Assembly (NCBI GenBank): GCA_963695555.1
Contig: CAVOGR010000014.1
Span: 1-10,001, forward strand
DNA: 10,001 bases
Origin: an uncultured Gemmatimonadales bacterium
GTDB taxonomy: Bacteria > Gemmatimonadota > Gemmatimonadetes > Gemmatimonadales > GWC2-71-9
Direction: 5' to 3'
Each line of letters opens with the position of its first letter. Within the stretch, counting starts at the first letter, position 1. This document shows positions 1 to 7,743 of the stretch, piece after piece. The notes beneath the pieces were generated by a model, which was not told the DNA's origin, ran no database searches, and was given only the letters and a program-made list of their open reading frames with translations. A program made the translations under genes and the position numbers.

Positions 1-74
1 CGACCTCCTGCTCCACCGGCCATGGGGATGCCATGAACACTGTTACCGACCACGCGGCGGGGGCTGCCCAGTGA
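1..74 (+). CDS. 3' end of an upstream gene (partial, unidentified)
   Basis: Frame 3 is open from 3 to TGA at 72-74 (TSCSTGHGDAMNTVTDHAAGAAQ*). The TGA overlaps the next GTG start (GTGA 71-74), the usual pattern for translational coupling. Confidence 0.35.
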   Translation, partial: TSCSTGHGDAMNTVTDHAAGAAQ

Positions 75-1739
75 GCGCGCCGCTCCGCGACCTTCGAGCG
101 AATCCCACCGAAATAGTATGGCCCGGGCCTCGCCGAGCGGAAGGCCGCGTTGCTGGATCACCTGGCCCAGGGGCGGCTGCCCACCGCGCGCGCGGTGAGC
201 CGGCTCCACGAAGTGCTCGGTTACCTCCGCGCCTATCCGGATTCCCCCGGCAGTCTTGGAGCGGGTGGAACAGCTGCTGACGCAATTGTCGCGGCGGCGC
301 GACCTTCGCCGTCACGCGGCGGAACTGCAGGACAGCGGGATCGCGGGGACCCACCCACTACCCATTCTTCCATCCCACCGCGGTATGGCTAGCCTCCCGC
401 TGGCCGGCACAACTCACCATCTCCTGGCCGGACCTGGAATACCCCCACCGGCTGGACCGGATCCTTCCCCTCCTCGCGCTCTGGGCCGAGACCCCGGGGC
501 TCGACGAAGCCCCGCTGTCGGTCAGGGAGTGGATCCTGCGCATGAAAGGCCCCGGTGAAACCGACGCCGCGTTCCTGATTCACAGGATGGAAGCGGTGCG
601 GGCGGAGTTGCCGGTTCGGGAAGTGATGTTCGAGGACCTGGGGATCATGTTCAAGTTGGCGCCGGGTCCCGACACTCCCGCTCGCACCCACGCCCGGGTC
701 CGCGCGGCCGGGTGCACTTCGTGACCCGTCCACTCGACACCGCGCGCCCGGACCTGCGACTGGCCCTCCGAGAGCGCCCCCGCCGCGTGACCGCGGTGCC
801 GCGCACCGAGGCCCAGCGGCTGATCGACTTGGCCCGCGAAGCCATGGTGGCCCGGAGCCGCGACCTCGACACCTTCGCCTACGGCGACCCCGATGACGTT
901 CGGATCGTGGACATGGGTGACGGGCTCGAATTCGTCGCCATCGGCCTCATTCCCGAGCGCCGGCTCCTGCTCGAGGCGGTCTACGGGTTTCTCACGCTCA
1001 AGAACGGCGTCCCAATCGGCTACGTGCTGAACAGCGCGCTCTACGGCTCGGCAGAAGTGGCCTACAACGTGTTCGACTATCGGGGCGGCGAGGCCGGTCG
1101 GGTCTACGGCCAGGTGCTGGCCATGCTCCGCCATCTGTTTCGGGCCACCGCGTTCACCATCTATCCGTACCAGCTGGGCGGGAAGGGAACGACGAGGGGC
1201 TCAAGTCCGGCGCCTGGTGGTTCTATCAGAAGCTCGGCTTCCGGCCCCGCGACCCTGAGGCCGTGACGCTCATGAAGTCCGAACTGGCTCGGATGCGTCG
1301 GTCCGCGAGCCACCGATCGAGCCGGGCCACGCTGAAGCAGCTGGCCGAGTACAAGATGTACTACCATATCGGCCGGCCTCGGGAAGACGTGATGGGGGTG
1401 TTTCCGCTCGCCAACGTGGGGCTGGCGGTGACCGACACCCTGGCTCGGCGCTTCGGCGCAGACCGGGACGCCGCTGATCGAGTGCTCGACCGGGAAGTGG
1501 CTCGCATGCTCGCGACCGGTAGCCGGCGCGGCTGGACCGCGGGCGAGCGGTTGGGGTTTGCGCGCTGGGCTCCGCTGGTCGCTGCGCTCCCGGATGTGGC
1601 CGCTTGGACGCTAGCCGAGCGCCGGGCGCTCGCACGGGTGATGCGCGCCAAGGGCGGGCGCCGGGAGTCCGACTTCGTGCTCCGGTTCGATGCCCACCGC
1701 CGGCTCCGCCGGACGGTGGCCGCCCTGGCCCGGAGTTGA
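71..1739 (+). CDS. Conserved hypothetical protein (~550 aa) with GNAT-like segment; frameshifted (sequencing error or pseudogene)
   Basis: Stitching the ORF pieces at 71, 150, 256, ~353-711, 712 and ~1188-1739 gives one coherent protein: LHEVLGYLRAYPDSPAVLERVE...DSGIAGT..HYPFFHPTAVWLASRWP...LIDLAREAMVARSRDLDTFAYG...LTLKNGVPIGYV...YRGGEAG...YPYQLG..NDEGLKSGAWWFYQKLGFRPRDP. Shifts are near 93-116, the 244-248 C run, ~350, ~710 and ~1186. Confidence 0.75.
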
Positions 1740-1755
1740 CGAGAGACTGCCGCCC

Positions 1756-1791
1756 CGCCAACTCCCCGTCAGGAGCAACTGTTGGTTGGGT
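1756..1791 (-). repeat. Truncated attC-like site
   Basis: The minus strand reads ACCCAAC CAACA GTTGCTCC TGACGGG GA GTTGGCG: an RYYYAAC inverse core, 5-nt spacer and L''-like box, then a GTT core-like motif. It lies 37 nt after the Kelch stop codon. The centre is missing. Confidence 0.45.
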
Positions 1792-1827
1792 AGCTCTCCG
1801 CCGCATGCGGGACTTCGCTAGACAGCA

Positions 1828-3006
1828 TCATGGGTCTCTGGCGCGGCTGGCGGCGGACGTGGGTTGGTAGATCCAGGCGTTCGCTCGGGGTCCTCGTCCC
1901 TGACCGTAGCCGCCGGTGATCAGAGACACGCCCGCCGGGCAGCAGCGCCGCCGCCGAGAACTGGCCTGCCAGCCGGGCAGCGCCACCGACGATCTCGCTA
2001 CGCGCCGGTGGCGGGATCGTACCTCTCCGGCCGCGGCGCTCCACCGGCCAGGAGCACCGTGCCATCAGCCAACGGGAAGGACGTGCCCCGGTGCTTGTAG
2101 CGCCCAACGCTCATCGGGCGTCCGGCTCGAAATGCACCGGTCGACCGGGTCGAACACCTCGACGCTCGCGTAGACGCCTTCGTTGTCGCGTTCATCCGCG
2201 CCGCCGAGCACCAGCACGCGACCGTCGCCGAGGGTCACCGCGTCGTGCTTGTGACGGCGTATCGTCATCGCACCCGTCGGCATGAAGCGGCCGGTGGCGA
2301 CATCGTAGATTTCGGCCGTTCGAGAAACCACCGTCGCGGCCCCGCGCCCACGGTGCCCGCCGGTGACCAGCACGCGTCCGTCCACGAGCCTGACCGCGGC
2401 GTGGCCCTCGCGCGGCTCTCCCATGGCGCCGGTCGCCGTGAAGGTGCCGGTACCGGGGTCATAGATCTCGGCGCTGGCGAGGAACGTCCATCCGGTCCCC
2501 GTCCCACCGACGAGCAGCACCCGACCATCCTGCGAGCAACACCGCCTCGTGGTTCGACCGTGCCGTCGTCATCCGGCCCGTCATGCTGAACGTCCTGGTG
2601 GTGGGGTCGTACAGTTCGGCGGTGTCGTGATACTGGTTTGCTCTCACCCAGACCGCCCGCGATCGAGCACCTTGCCGTCCCGCAGCCGGGTTGCCGTATG
2701 ACTCTGGCGCCGCACCATCCGGGGTTGGGCGATCCGTTCGAAGCGCTCGTGCTGCTGGTCGAACAGCTCGGTGCCGGCCAGCTCGGGCCTCTTCCCGGTG
2801 AACCCCCCCACGATCAGGACGTCGCCGTCGATCAATGCTGTCGCCGTGTGGGCGGCTCGGGCCTCCCCCATCGCGGACGTGCTGCGTACGGTATCGGGGG
2901 CCTGAGCTGCTGGAATGGCCGCGGTGGTCGGCAGCGCCGAGATGCCGACCGCGGCGAGGACGATGACCGTGCCCATAACGACGGCGATCCCGATTCGGCT
3001 ACTCAT
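1828..3006 (-). CDS. Secreted Kelch-repeat (7-blade beta-propeller) protein; frameshifted
   Basis: AGGAG RBS before ATG 3006 and a hydrophobic signal-peptide-like N-terminus (MSSRIGIAVVMGTVIVLAAVGISA). Seven repeats of R..H.A..L.DG.VL..GG....E.YDP run across shifted frames and end ...GRVLITGGYGQGRGPRANAWIYQP...TGA at 1828-1830. About six frame breaks (~2660, 2638, 2535, 2145, 2000, 1925). Confidence 0.85.
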
Positions 3007-3068
3007 GGTGACAGGCTCCTGGCAGATTGTGCGGGTCGGCAGGTCCACATGCAGATGCCTGGACGTTG

Positions 3069-3542
3069 TTACGTCTCAAGCTCGCGGGTCATGAACACAC
3101 TGTTCGGGTCGTCGATGTAGTCCGCAAAGGGGCCGCACGGCTCAAAGCCGAACCGGGCGTAGAGGGCACGTGCGGGGGCAAACGCTTCTTGGGACCCGGT
3201 CTCGAGGCTGAGGCGACGATAGCCACGTTTCCGCGCCACGTCGAGGATGTGTTCGAGGAGTGCCGCCGCGACACCCGTCCGCAGATGGGACGACGCGGTT
3301 CGCATCGACTTGAGCTCGGCATGGTGTGAATCCAACTCCTTGAGCGCGCCACACCCCGCCAGCGCCGATCCCTGCCACACACTCCAGAAGGTCACCTCGG
3401 GCGCTCGCAAGCCGTCGAGATCCAGTGCATGCACGCTCTCGGGCGGAGACGTCCGAGTGACGGCATCGAGGTGCTCCCGCAACAACGCGATCACCTCGGG
3501 CCCGGTTAGGTCATCCGGGCGAATGTCGAACGGGCGCATCAT
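3069..3542 (-). CDS. GNAT family N-acetyltransferase (YedL/YsnE-like)
   Basis: Intact 157-aa ORF with SPPESVHALD, GCGALKEL, ELKSMRT..HLRTGVA, LSLETGS and ARALYARFGFEPCGPFADY..DPNSVFMT motifs. Confidence 0.92.
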   Translation of the reverse strand: MMRPFDIRPDDLTGPEVIALLREHLDAVTRTSPPESVHALDLDGLRAPEVTFWSVWQGSALAGCGALKELDSHHAELKSMRTASSHLRTGVAAALLEHILDVARKRGYRRLSLETGSQEAFAPARALYARFGFEPCGPFADYIDDPNSVFMTRELET

Positions 3543-3580
3543 GGAGTGACCTGTATCTCCGATCGGCGTCTACTCGGCCG

Positions 3581-3650
3581 GCCGAACCACCACCACGGGG
3601 GTGGGGTCGGGTCCATCTGGCCGTCCTCGATGGTGGGCCCGAAGTTCGAC
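3581..3650 (-). repeat. Possible degenerate attC-like hairpin
   Basis: Minus-strand GTCGAAC...GTGGTGGTTCGGC ends flank an internal inverted repeat (plus-strand TCGGGTCCA / TGGGCCCGA, CCATC / GATGG). It sits between a stop (3666) and a start (3542). The core sites are non-canonical. Confidence 0.3.
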
Positions 3651-3665
3651 TGCGTGGTGTGCGCC

Positions 3666-4010
3666 TCAGCGGGGCGGTGCGTCGGGGCGATCGGCGCGTT
3701 GGTATTTCGTGAGTAGGCGCTCGGCAAAATCCAGACGCTCCTCGAGCTCCTGCAGGCGCGGTTGTAACTCGTCGATGGTGTCGAGCAAGTGCTCGTTCTG
3801 GTCGATCGCGTCGAGCGAATGCTCGGTCCGAGCGCCTGCTTGGTGGCGGGCCATGAGGCGCCGCGCGCCGAGCGCAAACAGTACCGCGAACAGGGCATGG
3901 ATGGTGGCATGCGATGGCTCGCCGGGTCGAGCGGCAAACCACACGGCGGCGAGATTGCCGAGCGAGAGGAGCCATGCGACCGGAACCCAGGCGCGGTGTT
4001 TGAACCACAT
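3666..4010 (-). CDS. Small membrane protein with C-terminal coiled coil (114 aa)
   Basis: GGAGG RBS 5 nt before ATG 4010. Two hydrophobic segments are followed by RLQELEERLDFAERLL, a motif I associate with small Gemmatimonadota membrane proteins. Confidence 0.8.
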   Translation of the reverse strand: MWFKHRAWVPVAWLLSLGNLAAVWFAARPGEPSHATIHALFAVLFALGARRLMARHQAGARTEHSLDAIDQNEHLLDTIDELQPRLQELEERLDFAERLLTKYQRADRPDAPPR

Positions 4011-4033
4011 GGATGCCTCCACCGTAGCGAGCC

Positions 4034-4127
4034 GCCTGACGGGTTCTGCGACTTGGCCCGCCTGCTTCCAAATCAACGACTTCCGCTCAGCCTGGCAAGC
4101 CCCGCCCACTACACGAGAGAGCTAAGC
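4034..4127 (-). repeat. Degenerate attC-like repeat, family copy C
   Basis: Plus strand GCCTGACGGGTTCTGCGAC..CCGCCTGCTTCCAAATCAACGACTTCCG..CTGGCAAG...GCTAAGC aligns by eye with 5545-5655 and 7050-7156. Its core lies ~24 nt upstream of ATG 4010. Confidence 0.65.
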
Positions 4128-4230
4128 CGCTGACTGGGGGGTCAGGGAGGCTCGGGCCACCGGCTGCCCGAAGGGAGGCCAATCACCGTCTGGCAGGTGA
4201 ACCTGGAACTCACGTTGCTTTGTGTCGCGA

Positions 4231-4755
4231 CTAGCGGACCAGCAGGTCCAGCTGCTTCACATCGAGGCCGGCCTCGCGATAGTACGTCCGAGCCAGCTCG
4301 AGAAAGGTGAAGCCGTCCTCGTACGCCGCGAAGCCGCCGTCGACTGCCTTGTCCAGGTAGATCAGGCCGCCCTCGACCGCGAAGAAGACCAGCGCCGGCT
4401 CCGGCGAGTCGTCGGTGATCACCAGCGTGTGGGCCTCACCGGCGGGTTCGTAGATGAACGTGCCGGGCTTCGCGATCCAGTCATGCTCCAAGTAGCGCCA
4501 GTGGCCGCGCATGGTATAGCCCCGAACGGTGCCGATGTGGTAGTGCGTGCCCAGCTGGGCGCCCGGGAGACCCTTCAACACGACGCTGAACCCGCCGGTC
4601 GTGACGTTGAAACAGCAGGGCTGCACCCAGACCCCGTCCGCATAGGGAACCCAGAGGCCGTCGTCCTCGACGTTGATGTTGGCGATGAAGTGTTCGCGAC
4701 TCCGCTGAGTCGCCTTGAGGCCATCGGTGAAGCTATTGAAGGCGGTGACCGGCAT
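4231..4755 (-). CDS. 2,4'-dihydroxyacetophenone dioxygenase family cupin protein
   Basis: Intact 174-aa ORF with cupin motifs HYHIGTVRGYTMRGHWRYLEHDW and YEPAGEAHTL. AGAGGAG RBS. Confidence 0.88.
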   Translation of the reverse strand: MPVTAFNSFTDGLKATQRSREHFIANINVEDDGLWVPYADGVWVQPCCFNVTTGGFSVVLKGLPGAQLGTHYHIGTVRGYTMRGHWRYLEHDWIAKPGTFIYEPAGEAHTLVITDDSPEPALVFFAVEGGLIYLDKAVDGGFAAYEDGFTFLELARTYYREAGLDVKQLDLLVR

Positions 4756-4804
4756 GCGTGCTCTCCTCTTGGGTGTATGAATGAAGCGCGGGTAGTTCCC
4801 TCGT

Positions 4805-4954
4805 CTACTTCAGGCCCCGCACGCACTCCTGTGGATCGATGGCTCCCAGGTTCTTGATGATGGTAAACTTACCGCCCTTCGCTTGGGCGATGTACATGTT
4901 CCTGCGAACGTGGTGTTGACCGGGCACCATCTCGGCGGTGCCGCCCGGCCCCTC
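4805..4954 (-). pseudogene. C-terminal remnant of an ABC transporter substrate-binding protein (AmiC/UrtA-like type I periplasmic binding protein)
   Basis: My translation: EGPGGTAEMVPGQHHVRRNMYIAQAKGGKFTIIKNLGAIDPQECVRGLK* (TAG at 4805-4807). It matches my recollection of the tail of such binding proteins. No matching N-terminal part lies upstream. Confidence 0.7.
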
Positions 4955-5014
4955 GGTCGAGGAATGAGCCGACACGTCCACCCGTCCTTCCCCAGGGATA
5001 TCCTGTCCGCAATT

Positions 5015-5518
5015 CTACCCGACGTCCCCGTGCCCGCCAGTGCCGAGCGCCGGGTGGACAGCCGCCCGAATGCTGGCGACTACCTGAGCGATTCCCTCAG
5101 GGTCATGGTGCCACAGGGCCGAAAGCGGGAGGTACGTCCCGTCCAGCAAGACAATGGTGGGACGGGCCATCGGCGCGCCCTCGTCATCGGCCTGATACTC
5201 GGAGATCACCTCACGAATTTCCGAGAATGAATGTGTCGTACGCCGTCGGCCAAAGAGACCTACCTGGGTGAGGCGCACTTCCTTCAACGCGGGACAGATG
5301 ACAACGACCGACCGTGGCGACCGCCACGCGAACCACACGCCGGAAGTCACCGCCGCCAGTCCCATGGCCGCGGCGAGGGACCCCTGCCAGGCGGGCAGCG
5401 CATCGGCACGGGCGAGGCCCAGGTAGACGAGAGCCGCGCCCACGCCAATGAACAGCAAGGCGACCAGCCACCAAAGGGCAGGGTTGTCTCGGACGGTGAT
5501 GGTAGTCTGGGACGGCAT
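5015..5518 (-). CDS. Hypothetical membrane protein (two TM helices plus soluble beta-rich domain, 167 aa)
   Basis: Intact ORF with two hydrophobic segments (LWWLVALLFIGVGAALVYLGL; LAAAMGLAAVTSGVWFAW) and a D.EG....RP.IVL.DG motif. The start was chosen at MPSQ. Confidence 0.75.
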   Translation of the reverse strand: MPSQTTITVRDNPALWWLVALLFIGVGAALVYLGLARADALPAWQGSLAAAMGLAAVTSGVWFAWRSPRSVVVICPALKEVRLTQVGLFGRRRTTHSFSEIREVISEYQADDEGAPMARPTIVLLDGTYLPLSALWHHDPEGIAQVVASIRAAVHPALGTGGHGDVG

Positions 5519-5544
5519 CGAGGCCCTTGGTAGATGCAAGTGCT

Positions 5545-5724
5545 GCCTAGCGAGTTCCGCGACCGTGGCGGGCAGCTCGGTCCGCCTGCTTCAATCAACG
5601 ACTGCCGTTGAAACCGGCAAGGCCAGGCCGCACCAGCAGCACGAAACATGCGGCCATCCTTGATCTCGCAACGTCCCTGTCAACTGCTCTCGCTGCGCAT
5701 GCCAGCCTCATTCGGCTGTTCGGG
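5545..5724 (-). repeat. Degenerate attC-like repeat, family copy B
   Basis: Plus strand GCCTAGCGAGTTCCGCGAC...CCGCCTGCTTCAATCAACGACTGCCG..CCGGCAAGGCCAGGCC (homology to copy A runs to ~5659). A left-arm-like motif CCCGAAC AGCCG AATGAGGC TGGC occurs on the minus strand from 5724. The core lies ~27 nt upstream of ATG 5518. Confidence 0.65.
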
Positions 5725-6399
5725 ACCAGCCACTCCGTACAGGTGGGCCCGCCCCTGCTTGCCCATCAACGTGATCACCCTCACCTTGCTGAGACAGTAC
5801 ACCATCTTTTGCGCCAATCGTGGCCTGACACCTATCGCTTTCGCCAAGTCCCGCGCGGTAAACGTTCCACACTCCTTGGGAAGAAACGCCCGCCAATCTG
5901 CCGGCTCCTCATATACTGTTTGCCCAACCACTCCGAGCAACCGACGCTCCACAATGCTCCAACCTCTCCTGCGCCATGTGCGCTTCCCCTCATACCGCCT
6001 CACCTCTTCCTCGTTAATCATTACTACTTCTAGCGAGAAGTTGGGGTTCGCCAGCAGCTGCGGGAAGCTCACCATTTCCCAGAATAGATCTTCCAGGCGT
6101 CCTCTCTTGGGCGATGAGCGACGAGTAATTTCACAACTGTCATCTTTCGGCAGTGTGAGGATCTGCTTCTGCTGGGCTATGGGATAGATCAATCGTACTC
6201 GATGTGACCGTGTCAGCTTAGTCAGTTTCGACTTGATGGATGCGAGACTCCCGGTCTGGATTTCCAGCAACAGATCATCGCGGACCAGGTCAATCACAAA
6301 CCCATCGACGGCGACTTCGCACTGGTCCTCGGGTTGCGCATACCATTGCTTCAACGATGCATGGAGCGGCTTTTCGTTCAGCAACCCAATTCCTGACAT
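5680..6399 (-). CDS. Putative PD-(D/E)XK-fold nuclease-like protein with C-terminal winged helix
   Basis: 239 aa. N-terminal EKPLHASLK...EV.VDGFVIDLV...LLEIQT gives an E..D..ExQ spacing. C-terminal FTARDLAKAIGVRPRLAQKMVYCL...GKQGRAHLY is wHTH-like. GC is clearly lower than in the neighbouring genes. Confidence 0.75.
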   Translation of the reverse strand: MSGIGLLNEKPLHASLKQWYAQPEDQCEVAVDGFVIDLVRDDLLLEIQTGSLASIKSKLTKLTRSHRVRLIYPIAQQKQILTLPKDDSCEITRRSSPKRGRLEDLFWEMVSFPQLLANPNFSLEVVMINEEEVRRYEGKRTWRRRGWSIVERRLLGVVGQTVYEEPADWRAFLPKECGTFTARDLAKAIGVRPRLAQKMVYCLSKVRVITLMGKQGRAHLYGVAGPEQPNEAGMRSESS

Positions 6400-6430
6400 C
6401 GCAATCCCACTCCGGGTCGAGGCTCATGAC

Positions 6431-6477
6431 GCCTACCGTCCTTGGCGGCATCCGACAGCTCCCTGCGCTGGTTGGGC
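6431..6477 (-). repeat. Internally deleted attC-like site
   Basis: The minus strand reads GCCCAAC CAGCG CAGGGAGC TGTCGG...GAC GGTAGGC: a canonical RYYYAAC end and a one-mismatch GTTAGGC end. It lies between the HXXEE stop (6501) and the nuclease start (6399). Confidence 0.6.
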
Positions 6478-6500
6478 AGTGTCGCTCGCGTCACGCGGCT

Positions 6501-7019
6501 CTACCAGTCGTCACTCCTGGATTCTCCCAGGTCCTTCGCGGTGACCCTCGTCAATTGCCGGATGGTCAGTATGCCAAGCACTCCGACGAGTGGTGCAGTC
6601 ACGACACCGGGGTAATAACCCCCAGTCTTCAACGCCAGGTAGGGATGGAGGAAGAGGTTCAGCAGCTCAGCGAGGCCGAGAAACCAGAGGGGCAGGAGGG
6701 CGAGCACGTGCCCCTGGCGGAGTGCGATCAGGGCGGCGCCCCAGACGGCGAGCGCCGTCATGTTGGCCCACACGAACACCGACTGCTGGGCGGCCGGGAA
6801 TCCGAAGGTCGTGGGGAACGCGACGTACAGCTCCGTGAGCAATTCTTCACCGAAGTGCACGGCTTGCGCGGCGATGGTGAGACCCACCACGACGAGGAGT
6901 CGCCGGCTCCGCCTCAGGTCAGCCCGGAGACGCGGCCGCACCACGGTCAGAATCACGGCGGCCGCGGCCGGAGCCGCCAACGCAGTCATGGTGGGAATGA
7001 GGCTCGACGACTGAGGCAT
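6501..7019 (-). CDS. HXXEE domain-containing membrane protein
   Basis: Multi-TM 172-aa ORF with the AVHFGEE (HxxEE) motif and C-terminal H......GGYYPGVVTAPL. AGGAG and GGAG lie upstream. Confidence 0.85.
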   Translation of the reverse strand: MPQSSSLIPTMTALAAPAAAAVILTVVRPRLRADLRRSRRLLVVVGLTIAAQAVHFGEELLTELYVAFPTTFGFPAAQQSVFVWANMTALAVWGAALIALRQGHVLALLPLWFLGLAELLNLFLHPYLALKTGGYYPGVVTAPLVGVLGILTIRQLTRVTAKDLGESRSDDW

Positions 7020-7049
7020 GTGCGCTCCGAATCTCCTGCTGGTCGGGTT

Positions 7050-7156
7050 GCCTAACCCATTCCGTTGCTGGGTCTGGTCATTCGCCGGCTTGCTGACAAA
7101 TCAACGGATTCCTCGAGTCCCGGCAAGACCCGGCCACGCGGAAGCGGTGGTTGGCC
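7050..7156 (-). repeat. attC-like site, family copy A (best preserved, 107 bp)
   Basis: The minus strand begins GGCCAAC and ends GTTAGGC, with imperfect dyad symmetry (TTCCG/CGGAA, GGGTCT/AGACCC, GCCGG/CCGGC). It shares CTTGCCGG-N13-CGTTGATT with copy B. The core lies ~31 nt upstream of ATG 7019. Confidence 0.7.
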
Positions 7157-7167
7157 ATCCCACATGC

Positions 7168-7204
7168 GCGGCCTCGACCGGAGCAGCACACTCCGGAGGG
7201 CCGC
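7168..7204. terminator. GC-rich hairpin immediately after the SnoaL stop codon
   Basis: GCGGCC-TCGA-CCGGAG cagcaca CTCCGG-AG-GGCCGC. There is no U-tract, so a terminator role is uncertain. Confidence 0.3.
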
Positions 7205-7596
7205 TAGTAGGAGCCATCGAGGCGCTCCTGCTCGTCGGGCGACAGAACCTCCCGGATCATGGCACTATCATAGAATGATCTGATCTCTACGATCAGGTCA
7301 TTCGTGATGCGGACCCAGTCACAGGATTCGACCACCCCGTTGGGGGTCCTGTTCTGGAACCAGACTGCCGCCTGGCCTCCGCTGGCGATGACATCCTTGA
7401 CCGTGAGCTCCATGACGCTCTTCCGTACCATCGGCTCGACTGCTGCCAGGTATGCGTCACGGCCTTCGAGCCTCCCGAACGGACTGATGTGGACGAAGTC
7501 AGGCGCAAGCCGCGTCCGGAGCCACTCCATGTCCATCCTGATCCACGCCTCGATCCAGCCCACGGCCAGCTCGGCACTGCGTTCGCTCGGCGTCAT
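7204..7596 (-). CDS. SnoaL-like / NTF2-family protein (130 aa)
   Basis: AGGAG RBS before ATG 7596. The sequence W..AW...D...LAPDFVHISPFGRLEGRDAYL...CDWVRI....IVEIRSFYDS is typical of the NTF2-like fold. Confidence 0.88.
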   Translation of the reverse strand: MTPSERSAELAVGWIEAWIRMDMEWLRTRLAPDFVHISPFGRLEGRDAYLAAVEPMVRKSVMELTVKDVIASGGQAAVWFQNRTPNGVVESCDWVRITNDLIVEIRSFYDSAMIREVLSPDEQERLDGSY

Positions 7597-7671
7597 TCGG
7601 GCTCCTGGACATCTTTCATTAGGTAAGTACCTCTGACACCCAAGCACTTCGGAGTTCCGGCGCTCGGCCAC

Positions 7672-7743
7672 CGCCGGTGTCGGATTGAAGCCCTTGGCGA
7701 GCAGCCGTACGGCGAGCCCCATCTCCTGCAGCATTATCAGACC
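7672..7743 (-). pseudogene. C-terminal remnant resembling a DUF4386-family membrane protein
   Basis: Translation LIMLQEMGLAVRLLAKGFNPTPA resembles the QEMVLAVWLIVKGFNP tail I recall for DUF4386 proteins. Confidence 0.45.

Noticed and set aside
71..1739. Programmed ribosomal frameshifting in the first gene
   Set aside because: There are too many breaks in both directions, no canonical slippery heptamer at them, and the same pattern affects the neighbouring Kelch gene.
3007..3075. attC at the GNAT/Kelch junction (ACGTAACAACG around the stop codon)
   Set aside because: It does not match RYYYAAC, has no matching GTTRRRY and shows no clear dyad symmetry.
4129..4172. Small hairpins after the cupin gene (CTGAC/GTCAG, TCGGGC/GCCCGA)
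   Set aside because: The stems are short, have no U-tract and are expected by chance at this GC content.
4034..7156. Repeats as a CRISPR array
   Set aside because: The copies are ~100 bp, diverged, ~1.5 kb apart and separated by whole genes. No cas genes are present.
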